From Thermodesulfovibrionales bacterium (GTDB taxonomy: Bacteria > Nitrospirota > Thermodesulfovibrionia > Thermodesulfovibrionales > UBA6898), in contig JBIOIY010000003.1 of the NCBI GenBank assembly GCA_044450345.1, positions 122,646 to 186,645 on the forward strand: a DNA stretch of 64,000 bases, read 5' to 3'. Below the pieces are notes generated by a model. The model was not told where the DNA came from. It worked only from the letters and a program-made list of their open reading frames with translations, and searched no databases. Both the position numbers and the translations under genes were made by a program. Positions 48,157 through 60,310 of the stretch are shown here, piece by piece; within the stretch, counting starts at the first letter, position 1, and each line of letters starts with the position of its first letter.

Positions 48157-48576
48157 ATGAAAAGAGACCTGAACGAAGAAGAAAAAAAGGAGATGCCGCT
48201 TTATCCGATCGGCATCGTTGCTGAGTTGATCGGGACCACTGACCAGACCCTTAGACTTTATGAAAAGCACGGACTTATCAAGCCTGCAAGAAGGAACAAA
48301 AACAGGTTTTACTCCGAAAATGACATAAAGTGGCTTAGGTGTTTGAGAGAGCTGATCCACAACAAGAAGATCAGCATCGAAGGGATAAAAAAACTTCTTG
48401 ATTATGCTCCATGCTGGGAAATAACATCCTGCACCGACGACAGAAAGAACAAATGCTCGGCCTATATAGACAGGACAAAGCCCTGTTGGGAACTGAACAG
48501 GATGATCTGCAATACCCAATCCGGCCGGATCTGCGAAGACTGCATAGTCTATATCTCTAAGAAGGCAAAGAAATAA
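48157..48576 (+). CDS. MerR-family (HspR-like) regulator with Cys-rich C-terminus
   Basis: IG.VAEL....QTLRLYE..GL, R.YS and CWE...C...CWE...C..C. Confidence 0.85.
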   Translation: MKRDLNEEEKKEMPLYPIGIVAELIGTTDQTLRLYEKHGLIKPARRNKNRFYSENDIKWLRCLRELIHNKKISIEGIKKLLDYAPCWEITSCTDDRKNKCSAYIDRTKPCWELNRMICNTQSGRICEDCIVYISKKAKK

Positions 48577-48588
48577 GACTCCGCAGCA

Positions 48589-50889
48589 TCAATCGAAGTC
48601 GATCCGTGCAGGCTCCTTTACCTCCCAGAGAGACTTGGAGGGCGAGAGTTGTTTAGGCTGGGTACCTTCCTTGAAGAATTCCCGGATGCCGGATTCATCA
48701 CGTGAGAGGAGGCCTGTTTTCGGATCTATCACGGCCGAGACGATGCCTTCGGGCTGTGCAAACGCTTCGGAGCCGCCCCGCAGCGCATTTTGCATAAAGG
48801 AAACCCATATCGGAGAAGCCGCCCTGGCCCCTGTCTCCAGAGGACCCAACGTTTTATAGTTGTCGAAACCTACCCAAACACAGGAGACAAGGTTTGAGCC
48901 GTAGCCGACAAACCAGGCGTCCTTATAATCGTTGGTAGTCCCGGTCTTCCCTGCAACAGGGAACCCGAGAGCCTTGGCTCGCCAGCCTGTACCGTACCTT
49001 ACGACATCCTCCATCATTGAGGTAATCAGAAAAGATGTCTGGGGGCTCACCGTCTGCTCCGGTTCGGGCTCGCTGCTTTCCAATATCCTGCCCTTTCTGT
49101 CGGTCACATATTTAATCGAAATAGGTTTGACCTTCATCCCGTTGCTCGCAAAGAGGTCATAGACCATCGCGATTTGAAAAGGGGTGATATTAAAAGACCC
49201 TAAGGCTATGCTGAGGTTGCGCGGCATGTCTCCATCGAACCCGATCGTCCTGGCAAAGTTTATAAGATTGTCTATGCCCATCGCATCGACAAGCTTTACA
49301 GTGACAACGTTCCTGGAATATGTCAGGGCCTCGCGCAGGCGGGTTGGTCCGTAAAACTTATGGTCATAATTTTCAGGATTCCATTCTCCTTTAGCCCCTC
49401 CCACGTAAGATACAGGTTCGTCATTGATGATGCTCGCCGGAGTGAAGCCGTTGTCCATCGCTGCTGCGTAGATGACCGGTTTAAATGCCGATCCGGGTTG
49501 CCGCTTCGCGAGGATGGCCCTGTTAAAATCGCTCCGGGTGAAATCATAGCCCCCGACCATCGCCCTGATGAACCCGGAATAGGGTTCGACGGAGATCAGC
49601 GCCCCCTCCACCTCGGGGTCCTGCTCCAATGCAAGCCGGATGTTTTTGTTCTGGATGCTCTTGATGCTTACCTTTACGATGTCGCCGGGCCTCAATATCT
49701 TGGACAAGGAAAAGTTCTGTATCATCTTTGACGTAGCGTCCCTGTTCAAGGTTTTTGATGCCCACATCGCGTCCTTTATCGAGAGTTTCCCGATGACCCC
49801 CCTGGTTTTTATGGAGGCGTCTTTGTCGGATACTTTCAAAACAAGTCCGGAATAAATATCGCCGGGATTGATCGCCACTGTCCCGGAAAGCTCCTTCGTT
49901 TTCAATTCCTTTTCGAAATCCGTATCTTTCTTATGGTCCAACGGGCCGCGCCATCCCCTCCTCTTGTCCACCTCTTTCAGTCCTGCCTGAACCGCGGTTA
50001 CCGCAGCGGTCTGCATCCCCCTGTTGAGGGTGGTATATACTTTCAGACCGCCCTTATATACGGCATCTACGCCGTATTTCTCTTCGAGGTATTTCCTCAC
50101 ATAATCGACGAAGTAGCTGTTTACCTCGATCCCTTTCTTAGGGCTCGAAAGATATAGGGGCTGGGCAGAGGCCGCTTCCTTTTCCGATTTCTTGATGTAC
50201 CCTTCTTCCTCCATCCGGGCCAGAACAGTGGCCTGCCTGCCCTTTGCTTTTGACAGGTCGTTAAATGGCGAATAGAGGGTAGGCGCCTTGACGATACCGG
50301 CGATAAGAGAAGCTTCGGCAAGGGTCAGTTGCCTGACGGATTTGCCGAAATATACCTTCGAAGCCATCTCAACCCCGTAAGCGCCGTGACCGAAATAGAC
50401 CTTGTTGAGATATAATTCGAGGATCTCCTTCTTGCTTAGGTTCTTCTCTATCTTTACCGCGAGCGACGCCTCCATCAGTTTTCTCTTTAAGGTTTTTTCA
50501 GAGCTGAGGAAAACCACTTTGGCCAGCTGCTGGGTGAGGGTGCTGCCGCCCTCCTTGAGGCTGGCATGGATAACGTCTTTGACGACCGCTCTTGCAATCG
50601 CGATATAGTCTATCCCCTTGTGTTTCCAGAACCTGGAGTCTTCAACAGCGATAATGGCGTTGATCATATTCTTCGGCATGCTGTCCAGGGGAATAAAGAT
50701 GCCCTTTTCTATCTTCAGCTCACCGATGATCACATCGTCGTCTGAGTAAATCTTCGTCCCTGCCGCCTGGTTGTACTGTTTGAGTTCGTCAATTGACGGT
50801 ATCCCTTTCGCTATGGCGATGTAGCCGCCTGCAATGCCTCCAATGAGAAGAGATACAGCCGCAAAGACGATGATAAACCTGAATTTCAT
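48589..50889 (-). CDS. Class A penicillin-binding protein (PBP1A)
   Basis: EDSRF, GGSTLTQQ, YLN, QPGSAFK, SRN and KTGT. Confidence 0.93.
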   Translation of the reverse strand: MKFRFIIVFAAVSLLIGGIAGGYIAIAKGIPSIDELKQYNQAAGTKIYSDDDVIIGELKIEKGIFIPLDSMPKNMINAIIAVEDSRFWKHKGIDYIAIARAVVKDVIHASLKEGGSTLTQQLAKVVFLSSEKTLKRKLMEASLAVKIEKNLSKKEILELYLNKVYFGHGAYGVEMASKVYFGKSVRQLTLAEASLIAGIVKAPTLYSPFNDLSKAKGRQATVLARMEEEGYIKKSEKEAASAQPLYLSSPKKGIEVNSYFVDYVRKYLEEKYGVDAVYKGGLKVYTTLNRGMQTAAVTAVQAGLKEVDKRRGWRGPLDHKKDTDFEKELKTKELSGTVAINPGDIYSGLVLKVSDKDASIKTRGVIGKLSIKDAMWASKTLNRDATSKMIQNFSLSKILRPGDIVKVSIKSIQNKNIRLALEQDPEVEGALISVEPYSGFIRAMVGGYDFTRSDFNRAILAKRQPGSAFKPVIYAAAMDNGFTPASIINDEPVSYVGGAKGEWNPENYDHKFYGPTRLREALTYSRNVVTVKLVDAMGIDNLINFARTIGFDGDMPRNLSIALGSFNITPFQIAMVYDLFASNGMKVKPISIKYVTDRKGRILESSEPEPEQTVSPQTSFLITSMMEDVVRYGTGWRAKALGFPVAGKTGTTNDYKDAWFVGYGSNLVSCVWVGFDNYKTLGPLETGARAASPIWVSFMQNALRGGSEAFAQPEGIVSAVIDPKTGLLSRDESGIREFFKEGTQPKQLSPSKSLWEVKEPARIDFD

Positions 50890-50944
50890 GGCAAGTTTAA
50901 TTATACCCCCGCGCTCGAAAAGCTGTCAAAAAATGACAGGTAAA

Positions 50945-52915
50945 TCAGCCGAGCAATTTCAGGATAAAGTTGACTCCTCCACCGATAAGAAGGGCGAACG
51001 TCGTGATAAGGGAAAACATCAGGAGTGCTGTCTTCGTCCCCCGCTCCTTGATGATCATGAAAAAGCTGGCCAGACAAGGGACAAAGAGTGTCAGCGTAAT
51101 AATGCTCACTATTACCTGGTCGGTGCTGAGCAGGCCCTGCTTGGAGAGCTGGAAGAGACCTGCAGCGCCATAGTCTCTCCTGAGGAAGCCCAGTATCAGT
51201 ACGCTCGCCGTCTTTTCAGGCAGGCCCAGAAAACTTACAACAACGGGCGATGCCGCGCTTTCGATCCACTTCAGAATGCCTGTTTTGTCGAGTACGAACA
51301 GCACAAAAGTACCCAGGATAAATAACGGCACCGCCTCCTTAAGGTACCATTCGATCCTCCCGAGGGTCTTCATAAGGATATTCCCCATTCGCGGCATCCT
51401 GATCGGGGGTATCTCGAGAAAAAAGTCCGCCTTTTCCCCGGGTACTACTTTTGAGGCTATGTACCCGGTAAGCACGAGGACCGAAAGCACCGCTCCTGCC
51501 CACCAAAACGCTACCTTGACGGGATAGGGTCCGAGCATCCCCATTATTACCCCCAGCTGGGCAGAGCAGGGAATGGCAAGGGCTATAAGGAATGTCGCGA
51601 TAATCCTTTCTCTATTCGTCTCAAGTATCCTGGTGGTCATGGTCGCCATCGTACCGCATCCGAGGCCCAGGACCATCGGAAGCACCGCCTTTCCGTTCAG
51701 CCCTATCTTCGAAAAGGCGCTGTTTGCAAGGACCGCGATCCTCGGCAGGTACCCGCTGTCTTCGAGGAACCCGAAGGCGACAAAGAAGGTCGCGGTTATC
51801 GGGAGGATTATCGCTAAGGCGTAAGTTATTGCCATAGTGAACATTCCATACTGGCCGACAAAAAAGTCCTGTGCCAGCGTGAAGGGTATGACGTATCTGA
51901 CCGTTTTCACCATGCCAGGGCTTATGTACCGTCCGAATATCACTTCTTCGAAAAAATTGACCAGCGTCCCGGCGCCGAATTTCCCGACGAACTCATAAAA
52001 GCAAAAGAGGACGAAGAAAAGGAAAAAGATGCCCCAGAAAGGATGCATCGACCACTTGCCTATCCACTGGGCAATCTGTCCTGCGCGGGCGCTGCTTTTT
52101 TTCATGACCGCCCCGACTATCTTTTCCGACATCTCTATCCTCTTTCTGGAGATGATGTTCGCGATTTGCTCTTTGTGCTTCGTTTGGGACTCGTCTCGTA
52201 TGTCCTCGATCTCTTTGATCTTATCGGAATCGAGATTGGCGATGAACCAGCCTCTCATGCTGTCGTCGCCGGAGAGGATCATAAGGGCCAGAGAACGCCT
52301 CGATATGCTCGCATCGGGCAGCAGGGCCGAGATCCTGTTGATGTACCCTTCAATGTCTTCTCCGTAATGGGTGCTGATCTTGGGCTTTTTAGGAGTGAGA
52401 AGGGCCTCTTTCAGTTTCGGGATGCCTTTTCTCTGCGGGGCGACGGTGCTTATGACCTTAATGCCGAGCATTTCCTCAAGCTTACTGTAATCTATCTCGA
52501 TACCCCTCGCGGTCGCCTCATCTTCCATGTTCAGGGCGAAGATACAAGGCAGGCCCATGTCGGCGAGTTGCAGCAAGAGCATGAGGGCCCTCTTCAGATT
52601 TTTCGAATCGGCAACAAGGACGATGTTCTCCGGTCGCTCGGCAAGGAGGATGTCCCGAGTCACACGTTCATCCTCGCTCATAGGCACAAAGCTGTTTACG
52701 CCGGGTGAATCGACGATAAGCAGCCTCTTGCCGTCAAGGCTCAGGTTGCCGTGTGAGACCTCTACGGTCGTTCCCGGATAGTTTGAGACGGTTACGTATT
52801 TGCCTGTCAGAAGCCCGAAGATGACGCTTTTGCCCACATTCGGGTTGCCGACCAACACTATCCTGCTGTATTTTTGCTTTTTCTTTTCCTCTTTTAATGC
52901 CTTTACGTCCTGCAT
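50945..52915 (-). CDS. feoB: Ferrous iron transporter B
   Basis: GNPNVGKS, NYPGTTVE, DSPG, LEDSGY, GLGC and PCSA. Confidence 0.93.
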   Translation of the reverse strand: MQDVKALKEEKKKQKYSRIVLVGNPNVGKSVIFGLLTGKYVTVSNYPGTTVEVSHGNLSLDGKRLLIVDSPGVNSFVPMSEDERVTRDILLAERPENIVLVADSKNLKRALMLLLQLADMGLPCIFALNMEDEATARGIEIDYSKLEEMLGIKVISTVAPQRKGIPKLKEALLTPKKPKISTHYGEDIEGYINRISALLPDASISRRSLALMILSGDDSMRGWFIANLDSDKIKEIEDIRDESQTKHKEQIANIISRKRIEMSEKIVGAVMKKSSARAGQIAQWIGKWSMHPFWGIFFLFFVLFCFYEFVGKFGAGTLVNFFEEVIFGRYISPGMVKTVRYVIPFTLAQDFFVGQYGMFTMAITYALAIILPITATFFVAFGFLEDSGYLPRIAVLANSAFSKIGLNGKAVLPMVLGLGCGTMATMTTRILETNRERIIATFLIALAIPCSAQLGVIMGMLGPYPVKVAFWWAGAVLSVLVLTGYIASKVVPGEKADFFLEIPPIRMPRMGNILMKTLGRIEWYLKEAVPLFILGTFVLFVLDKTGILKWIESAASPVVVSFLGLPEKTASVLILGFLRRDYGAAGLFQLSKQGLLSTDQVIVSIITLTLFVPCLASFFMIIKERGTKTALLMFSLITTFALLIGGGVNFILKLLG

Positions 52916-53325
52916 TTTTTGCAACATCCCCTTATCTCTAGAGCATGGCTGGATCCAACGAAACTGTTTTCTTCACAGATCTCGTCCTGGAGGTTCTCGA
53001 GTTTCTCGGAATAGAATTCTATGAACTCTCCGCAGATTTCGCAGATCATATGATCGTGATGCGTATGACCGTAAGTATGCTCGTAAATATTACCTTTATC
53101 AGTCCTTGTGACCCGTGTGACGAGGCCGCACTCCACAAGAAGGCTCAATGTCCTGTATACCGATGCCCGGGACGCCTTTGACCCGGAGTCTTTTATCCGG
53201 GAATAGAGGAATTCCGGATCGAAATGACCGTGGAACGAATAGACCTCGGCAAGGACCGCGGTGCGCTCTTTTGTCAGTTTTAGCCCCTTTTCTCCGAGAA
53301 AATTCCGGAAGATCTTATTTTCCAT
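52903..53325 (-). CDS. fur: Fur-family regulator
   Basis: T.ER, SVYRTL, HHDHMICEICG and C..C. Confidence 0.88.
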   Translation of the reverse strand: MENKIFRNFLGEKGLKLTKERTAVLAEVYSFHGHFDPEFLYSRIKDSGSKASRASVYRTLSLLVECGLVTRVTRTDKGNIYEHTYGHTHHDHMICEICGEFIEFYSEKLENLQDEICEENSFVGSSHALEIRGCCKKCRT

Positions 53326-53343
53326 GTGATTAGCTTAGCTGAA

Positions 53344-53362
53344 ATTGAGACTGAATTGCAAT
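53344..53362. promoter_or_regulatory. Fur-box-like 19-mer overlapping the -35 of fur-feoB
   Basis: ATTGAGACTGAATTGCAAT with palindromic ends. Confidence 0.55.
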
Positions 53363-53530
53363 TAAGCTGTTTCTAAACAATTTAATACCCCCGGCATGAG
53401 GTCATTAACCTAGGGGGCTCCTATTTTACATTTATTTGCATTTATGCTAAGGTTAAAAATTGCGGATAGGGTGCTTTATTGCATACGCACAATAGCTCTG
53501 CACTGAACAGGTTTCCTTTGGAGGCTCGAT

Positions 53531-54730
53531 ATGGTCAAAAAAATAGTTCTCGCATATTCAGGTGGTCTTGACACATCTGTTGCGATAAAGTGGCTGAAAG
53601 AGACATATAAAGCGGATGTTATCGCGTTCTGCGCCGACCTGGGGCAGGGCGAAGACTTGAAGGAACCGAAACAAAAGGCCCTTAAGACGGGGGCTTCGAA
53701 GGTATATATCGAGGACCTCAGGGAAGAGTTCGTTAAGGAATACATATTTCCGATGCTGCGGGGTAACGCGGTCTACGAAGGCTTTTACCTTCTGGGAACG
53801 TCCATTGCAAGGCCGCTGATTGCGAAGAGACAGATCGAGATTGCGAAGAAGGAAGGAGCTGACGCAGTGGCCCACGGCGCGACAGGCAAGGGAAATGACC
53901 AGATACGGTTTGAGCTGACATGCTACGCCCTTAACCCTGATATAAAAATTCTCGCCCCATGGAGGGAATGGACCTTTGATTCACGAAAGTCTCTGATGAA
54001 CTACGCGAAAAAGCACGGTATCCCGGTGACCGCAACAAAAAAGAAGCCCTTCAGCACCGACAGGAATATCTTTCATATAAGCTATGAAGGTGGGATACTC
54101 GAAGACCCGTGGAAAGAACCGCCGTCTGACATGTATACGATGACAGTACCCCTTGAAAAGACTCCGGACAGAGCGCAATATATCGAGGTGTCCTTTGAAA
54201 AAGGAGACCCGGTCGGAATCAACGGCAAAAGGATGTCTCCCGCCGGACTCCTTCAGTCGCTGAATGAAATAGGGGGAAGGCACGGCATAGGCAGGGTCGA
54301 TATCGTCGAAAACAGGCTTGTCGGCATAAAGTCACGCGGGGTGTACGAGACCCCCGGTGGGACGATACTTCACTTCGCCAGAAAGGCTGTCGAGTCGATA
54401 ACCCTCGACAGGGAAGTAAAACATCTCGCTGACTCGCTGATGCCGAAGTATGCTGAACTTATATATTATGGATACTGGTTTTCACCGGAGCGGCTGGCCC
54501 TTCAGAAGATGATAGACGAAACGCAGAAGGTGGTGAACGGCACTGCCCGCCTGAAACTTTACAAAGGCAACTGCCTGATTGCAGGCAGGAAGTCGCCCGA
54601 CTCTCTCTATGACGCCAGGCTCGCCACATTCGAGGAAGAAGACGTGTATGATCAAAAAGACGCCGAGGGGTTCATAAAACTGCTCGCGCTCAGGCTCAAG
54701 GCCAACAGGTTTCTCAGGAAAAAAGTATGA
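53531..54730 (+). CDS. argG: Argininosuccinate synthase
   Basis: [20 protein letters not shown] and KSRGVYETP. Confidence 0.97.
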   Translation: MVKKIVLAYSGGLDTSVAIKWLKETYKADVIAFCADLGQGEDLKEPKQKALKTGASKVYIEDLREEFVKEYIFPMLRGNAVYEGFYLLGTSIARPLIAKRQIEIAKKEGADAVAHGATGKGNDQIRFELTCYALNPDIKILAPWREWTFDSRKSLMNYAKKHGIPVTATKKKPFSTDRNIFHISYEGGILEDPWKEPPSDMYTMTVPLEKTPDRAQYIEVSFEKGDPVGINGKRMSPAGLLQSLNEIGGRHGIGRVDIVENRLVGIKSRGVYETPGGTILHFARKAVESITLDREVKHLADSLMPKYAELIYYGYWFSPERLALQKMIDETQKVVNGTARLKLYKGNCLIAGRKSPDSLYDARLATFEEEDVYDQKDAEGFIKLLALRLKANRFLRKKV

Positions 54731-55815
54731 CCGATATAAGGTACTGGGTCGGCCTCTCCCTCGTCCCCGAGGTGGGCCCGGTCATGTCGCGGAAGCTTAT
54801 TTCGGAGATCGGAAGCCCTGAAAATATCTTCCGGGCCGGTGCGGACGACCTGCTGGCGATACGGGGGCTCGGCAAGGAAAAGGCAGACAGCATAAGGGCG
54901 TTCCGGAACTGGGACCGGGTCGAAGAGATCGTAAAGGTCACGGAGAAAAAGGGCATCAGGATTGTCGGATATCAGGATCCGTGTTATCCTGAAGTACTTA
55001 AAAAGGTGGCCGGCGCCCCTCTCGTCCTTTATATGAAGGGCGATTATTGCCGTGAGGACAGATTCGGTATCGCCGTTGTCGGCTCCCGCAAGCATACCCA
55101 CTATGGCGAGGTCGTTACCCGGAAGATATCCGGCGAACTTGCCTCATCGGGCTTTACTATTATAAGCGGGATGGCCAGGGGGATCGATACGCTTTCCCAC
55201 GAGAGCGCATTGGCGGCCGGGGGCAGGACTATTGCGGTACTCGGGTCCGGTCTCGATGTATATTACCCTGCGGAAAACAAGGGGCTTTTGGAGAAGATAA
55301 CTTTATCAGGTTGTGCGGTAAGCGAATTTCCCCCCGGCACGATGCCGAGCAGGGAGAATTTTCCCAGGAGGAACAGGCTGATCAGCGGTCTTTCACTCGG
55401 GGTGCTGGTGGTTGAAGCGACTTCACAGAGTGGGTCCCTGATCACCGCCAATTATGCCCTTGAACAGAATAAAGAAATTTTTGCCGTACCGGGGCAGATA
55501 ACCTCGCGCAATTCCGACGGGACGAACGGACTCATAAGGCAGGGCGCGAAGGTCGTGCTCGGAGCGGACGATATAATAGAAGAACTTGCCCCCGTATTGA
55601 GAGGTTTTATCAGAAAGAGCGACTGCCGGTCCCCCGTGGAGATCTCCGAAGACGAGGGCAGGATATGCGGACTTCTGACGAGGGAGCCCAAACATATAGA
55701 TCTGCTTTCGCGGGAGAGCGCACTGCCGGTCCACGCGGTGCTGAACCTGCTTCTTTCTCTTGAGCTGAAAGGCGTTGTCCGGCAGTCCAACGGGAAAAGA
55801 TTTTATCTGTTATGA
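54727..55815 (+). CDS. dprA: DNA-processing protein A
   Basis: [19 protein letters not shown] and SGSLITA. Confidence 0.95.
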   Translation: MTDIRYWVGLSLVPEVGPVMSRKLISEIGSPENIFRAGADDLLAIRGLGKEKADSIRAFRNWDRVEEIVKVTEKKGIRIVGYQDPCYPEVLKKVAGAPLVLYMKGDYCREDRFGIAVVGSRKHTHYGEVVTRKISGELASSGFTIISGMARGIDTLSHESALAAGGRTIAVLGSGLDVYYPAENKGLLEKITLSGCAVSEFPPGTMPSRENFPRRNRLISGLSLGVLVVEATSQSGSLITANYALEQNKEIFAVPGQITSRNSDGTNGLIRQGAKVVLGADDIIEELAPVLRGFIRKSDCRSPVEISEDEGRICGLLTREPKHIDLLSRESALPVHAVLNLLLSLELKGVVRQSNGKRFYLL

Positions 55816-55823
55816 GGTGAATA

Positions 55824-56108
55824 GTGTCAAAGAAACTTATTAAAATATTGAAGATGATCACGCAAGACCTTAAAGAAACCGAATTTTATTCCGAAGAGAT
55901 ACTCAATACAATTCAGTACGATGAACCGGATTTTATCGATATCGGTGAGGAACTTGCGGCGCTCGAGTCTTCCGAGGGCCTTGACGACGACGAACTCGAT
56001 ATATTAAAGTCTCTTCTCATCTATATCATGCTCAAAAAGAGTTCGTACGAAAGGGAAGATATATATTCGTTGGTGTTCGGCGGAGGAAAGAGGATTATAT
56101 GGCATTAA
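55824..56108 (+). CDS. Hypothetical protein in the smg (DUF494) position between dprA and topA
   Basis: SD GAGGTG; acidic; ends in WH; synteny. Confidence 0.55.
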   Translation: MSKKLIKILKMITQDLKETEFYSEEILNTIQYDEPDFIDIGEELAALESSEGLDDDELDILKSLLIYIMLKKSSYEREDIYSLVFGGGKRIIWH

Positions 56109-56136
56109 TGAATTGGTTAATACGCGGAGGTCGATC

Positions 56137-58401
56137 ATGAAGTCGCTTGTCATAGTTGAGTCTCCTGCGAAGGCGAAAACGATCAGCAAGATCCTCGGTA
56201 AATCCTTTGAGGTCAAGGCATCGGTCGGCCATGTCAAGGACCTCCCCGTAAATGAGATGGGGATCGACATAGACAACAACTTCACCCCCAAGTATATCGT
56301 CATCCCCGGCAAGGAGAAGGTGATCAGGGAACTGAAAAAGGCCTCAAAAGAGGCGGAAGTCATCTACCTTGCCCCGGACCCCGACAGGGAGGGTGAGGCC
56401 ATCGCCTGGCATATCGCCGATGAGGTCAAGGGGAAATCCAAAAAAGTCTACAGGATAAAATTTAACGAGATCACAAAGACGGCAGTGCTGGATTCTATCA
56501 AAAATCCCGGCGAGATAGACCTCCGGAAGGTCGACGCGCAGCAGGCCCGTCGGGTTCTCGACAGGCTTGTGGGATACGAACTGAGCCCCCTCCTTTGGAG
56601 AAAGGTGAGAAGAGGGCTCAGCGCCGGAAGGGTCCAATCAGTTGCGGTCAGGCTTGTTGTGGAGAGGGAACGGGAGATCGAGGCATTCAAGTCCGAAGAG
56701 TACTGGTCGATCAACGCCGAGTTCGAGGGTTCGATGAAGCCGCTGTTCTGGGCGAAGCTTTTTAAGTACAACGGCGAAAAAATAGATATCAAGAACTCCG
56801 AAACAGCTCAGGCGGTGCTTGGAGATATTAAAGACAGCAGGTTCATCCTCGCCAAGATCGAGCGGAAAACAAGGAAGAGGATGCCCTCCCCGCCTTTTAT
56901 CACCAGCACGCTCCAGCAGGAGGCCTCCAGGAAACTACGGTTTACCGCGAAAAAGACGATGTCCGTTGCCCAGCAGCTTTATGAGGGTATCGAATTGGGC
57001 GAGGAAGGGGCGGCCGGCCTCATCACGTACATGAGGACCGATTCATTGCGGGTGGCTGCCGAGGCGCAGCAGGCTGCGAGGGATTTCATCATGGCGACTT
57101 ACGGGAAGGAGTATCTACCGGAAAAACCGCCGTTCTATAAGAGCAAGGAGTCGGCCCAGGAAGCACATGAAGCGATAAGGCCCACTTACATGGCCAACAC
57201 CCCCGAGGGAATAAAGCAGTATCTGTCCAAGGACCAGCTCTCGCTCTACAAACTCATCTGGAACCGCTTTGTGGCCAGCCAGATGAACCCGGCACAGCTG
57301 GAACAAACAACCTTCGAGATCGCGTGCGACACCGAGAGATGCAAGGGTGACACGGTCTTCAGGGCGTCGGGCAGCGTCATTAAGTTCCAGGGATTTATGG
57401 CCCTTTACACTGAAAGTACGGACGAACTGATCGAAGATAATGAGGCCCTTCTGCCCAGCCTCAAGGAAGGGGAAACGCTTAAACTTTTGGAGATCCAGCC
57501 TAAGCAGCATTTTACTCAGCCGCCGCCGCGTTTTACAGAGGCATCCCTCGTGAAGGCCCTCGAAGAAAAGGGCATCGGGAGACCGAGTACATATGCCGCA
57601 ATACTTTCCACCATACAGGACAGAAAATATGTGCATAAGGCAGAGGGAAGATTCGCCCCGACAGAACTTGGGTCTGTGGTCAATGATCTCCTTGTCGAGA
57701 GGTTCACCGAATTGATGGAGATAGGTTTCACGGCCAGCATGGAGGAAAAGCTCGACCGCATAGAAGAAGGCAAAATGAAATGGGTAAAGGTCGTAAAGGA
57801 CTTCTACTCCCCATTCCATAAAAAACTGACTGAGGCCCTCGCCATTCCGGGTAAGGTCAAGCCCCAGGACATTCCTACGGAGACGGTTTGCGAGAAATGC
57901 GGGCTCCCTATGGTAATACGGTGGGGCAGACACGGGCGGTTCCTTGCCTGCTCTGGGTTCCCGGATTGCAAGAACGCAAAGCCTCTTGAAGACGACAAGC
58001 AGGGTGCCGAAGTCGTTATGACGGACGAGAAATGCCCGAAGTGCGGCGCACCCATGGTCCTCAAGTCGGGCAGGTTCGGAAAGTTTTTCGCATGTTCGAA
58101 GTATCCGGAGTGCAAGACGACAAAGCCTGTCGCCACCGGGGTGAAATGCCCTGAAGACGGCGGGGATATTGTGGAGCGCAGGTCGAAAAAAGGCAAACCC
58201 TTCTGGAGCTGCGGCAACTATCCGAAATGCAAATTCGCGACGTGGTATAAGCCGGTGCCGGAAAAATGTCCGAAGTGCGGCGCTGAATTCCTCGGAGAAA
58301 AAAGGAACAAGGCCGGGGAGGTCTCCCTTTACTGCCTGAACAAGGAATGCGACTATAAGTCAGCGCCGGAGAAAGAGGAGGAGGCCGCGGTAGGGGCCTG
58401 A
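56137..58401 (+). CDS. topA: DNA topoisomerase I
   Basis: IVESPAKAKT, DPDREGE, SAGRVQ, ITYMRTD and C4 zinc ribbons. Confidence 0.97.
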   Translation: MKSLVIVESPAKAKTISKILGKSFEVKASVGHVKDLPVNEMGIDIDNNFTPKYIVIPGKEKVIRELKKASKEAEVIYLAPDPDREGEAIAWHIADEVKGKSKKVYRIKFNEITKTAVLDSIKNPGEIDLRKVDAQQARRVLDRLVGYELSPLLWRKVRRGLSAGRVQSVAVRLVVEREREIEAFKSEEYWSINAEFEGSMKPLFWAKLFKYNGEKIDIKNSETAQAVLGDIKDSRFILAKIERKTRKRMPSPPFITSTLQQEASRKLRFTAKKTMSVAQQLYEGIELGEEGAAGLITYMRTDSLRVAAEAQQAARDFIMATYGKEYLPEKPPFYKSKESAQEAHEAIRPTYMANTPEGIKQYLSKDQLSLYKLIWNRFVASQMNPAQLEQTTFEIACDTERCKGDTVFRASGSVIKFQGFMALYTESTDELIEDNEALLPSLKEGETLKLLEIQPKQHFTQPPPRFTEASLVKALEEKGIGRPSTYAAILSTIQDRKYVHKAEGRFAPTELGSVVNDLLVERFTELMEIGFTASMEEKLDRIEEGKMKWVKVVKDFYSPFHKKLTEALAIPGKVKPQDIPTETVCEKCGLPMVIRWGRHGRFLACSGFPDCKNAKPLEDDKQGAEVVMTDEKCPKCGAPMVLKSGRFGKFFACSKYPECKTTKPVATGVKCPEDGGDIVERRSKKGKPFWSCGNYPKCKFATWYKPVPEKCPKCGAEFLGEKRNKAGEVSLYCLNKECDYKSAPEKEEEAAVGA

Positions 58402-58761
58402 GGGCCGCTATTTCAGGGCTGCACTGCGTCGAGGTTTGCAGACGGCCTTTGTATTCCGTTCTCATGCCGCCTTATTCGGGTTGGAGATCGATCTCCAACC
58501 GGATTAACCGCCGCCGACATTTCCCTTTTTCGATAATGATATGCATGTCTATTCAGCGGGTCCCTATGCTTCCCGCTGACAGTATAGGCAGCGCGGCTGA
58601 CAGCTATTCCGCAATAAGACCTATCCAGCCAGCCTAAAGGGTTGCAAATCCTGACAATTGCGGTAGTTAGCCGAAGCTGAGCAAATTCGCATTCATTTTT
58701 TCTTGACATTTGCCTCATAATCTGATATGTTAATAGATATCAGATAAAGAAGGAGGTATCT

Positions 58762-59130
58762 ATGCTACACCGTCGGCACCTCCCTGACCAAGAGCGTTAT
58801 GCCCGCTCGAAGGTCACCAAGCTCCTGCATGACAAGCCCTTCATTGTGGGGGGGCTGGTTAAGATGGCCAGAACCTGCGGTAAGGCAAACTGTAAATGTG
58901 CCCGGGGCGAGAAGCACGTGTCATGGTATCTGGCCACGCGGCACAAAGGAGTCCGAAAGATGATCTTCATTCCGCAGCCGTGGGAAAAGGACGTGATCGA
59001 ATGGGTCAATAGCTATAAGGAAATCACGAAGCAGATAGACATTATCTCTCAGCAGTGCCTTGAGCGATTCACCACGTCCAGTAAAGAAGAAAGGGACAGG
59101 GATTCTTATAAGGCTCCTCAGATACGCTGA
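58762..59130 (+). CDS. IS accessory protein (DUF6788-like)
   Basis: G.L....[21 protein letters not shown]. Confidence 0.75.
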   Translation: MLHRRHLPDQERYARSKVTKLLHDKPFIVGGLVKMARTCGKANCKCARGEKHVSWYLATRHKGVRKMIFIPQPWEKDVIEWVNSYKEITKQIDIISQQCLERFTTSSKEERDRDSYKAPQIR

Positions 59131-60310
59131 TAAACTGTACGATTTGAATGCGCAATTACAGGGCATTGGAGACGGCCGCATTCGTCCCCGGATTCAAACG
59201 CCAGTGATAGCGGGCAGCGCATTGGTAATGGCGCTGGCACAGATGGGGAGTCTCAATGCCCTTGAACAAACAGGAGAGAATAGTTTTTGGAGAAAATGGA
59301 TCGGCGCGAATCTGCCCAGTGCGGATGTAATGGGTACGGTTTTCAGTTCGATAGACTGTCACGCCCTTCGCAGGATGCTGCGACACCTCTATAGCCGGTT
59401 AAAGCGAAACAAGGTATTACGTCCTTCTTTCAGCGATAACTTGTTTGCCCTGGTTGTAGATGGACATGAGTCCAGCGCCAGCTATCTGCGTTGCTGTGAT
59501 CAGTGCCTCACACGGGAGAAAAAGACCCTCAAGGGAAGTAGAATCCAGTATTATCACCGTCATGTGATGGCGATCCTTTTGTGCAAAGATTTCCCGTTTC
59601 TTCTGGACCTTGAGCTGCAAATACCCGGCGAGGACGAAGTTGCCGCAGCTACACGACTCTTGCACCGGATTTTTCTGAACTATCCCCGGGCCTTTGACAT
59701 TGTCGTGGCCGATGGTCTGTATGCTCAGGCGCCCTTCTTTAAAACCGTTATCGCGCACGGCAAGCAGGTCATTGCGGTGTTGAAGGATGACCGCAGGGAT
59801 CTGCTGCAGGATGCCATGGGTATTTTCAGTCAGGTGCAACCTGTCATTTTTCTACAGGATGGGCTTACCAAACAATGCTGGGACATAGAGGGATTCACCT
59901 CATGGGCATCGTTCGGACAGAAAGTCCGTGTGGTGCGTTCGGTAGAGACCACCACAATCTGCAGACAACGAACCAGCGAAAAAGAATGTTGTGTCACAGA
60001 GTGGATGTGGGTTACCACATTACCCAAACAGAGAGTTTCGACAGAAATATTCATCGGAATTGGCCACGGAAGATGGGATATCGAAAACAAGGCATTCAAT
60101 GAATTGACTACGTATTGGCACGCCGATCACGTTTACAAACATACCGTCGGCGCTATTGAAGCGTTCTGGCTTATGACAATGTTAGCTTACAATCTCTTTC
60201 ACTCCTTTATTACGCTGAACCTTAAACCGGCTCTCCGGCAGCGTTATACGAAGCTTCATCTGGCACGCGCCCTCACGGCGGAATTGTATGAAAACTGCCG
60301 CCCGCCGTGA
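59060..60310 (+). CDS. DDE transposase (start uncertain)
   Basis: VVDG, VVADGLY and G.GRW.IEN..F. Confidence 0.88.
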   Translation: MSDSPRPVKKKGTGILIRLLRYADKLYDLNAQLQGIGDGRIRPRIQTPVIAGSALVMALAQMGSLNALEQTGENSFWRKWIGANLPSADVMGTVFSSIDCHALRRMLRHLYSRLKRNKVLRPSFSDNLFALVVDGHESSASYLRCCDQCLTREKKTLKGSRIQYYHRHVMAILLCKDFPFLLDLELQIPGEDEVAAATRLLHRIFLNYPRAFDIVVADGLYAQAPFFKTVIAHGKQVIAVLKDDRRDLLQDAMGIFSQVQPVIFLQDGLTKQCWDIEGFTSWASFGQKVRVVRSVETTTICRQRTSEKECCVTEWMWVTTLPKQRVSTEIFIGIGHGRWDIENKAFNELTTYWHADHVYKHTVGAIEAFWLMTMLAYNLFHSFITLNLKPALRQRYTKLHLARALTAELYENCRPP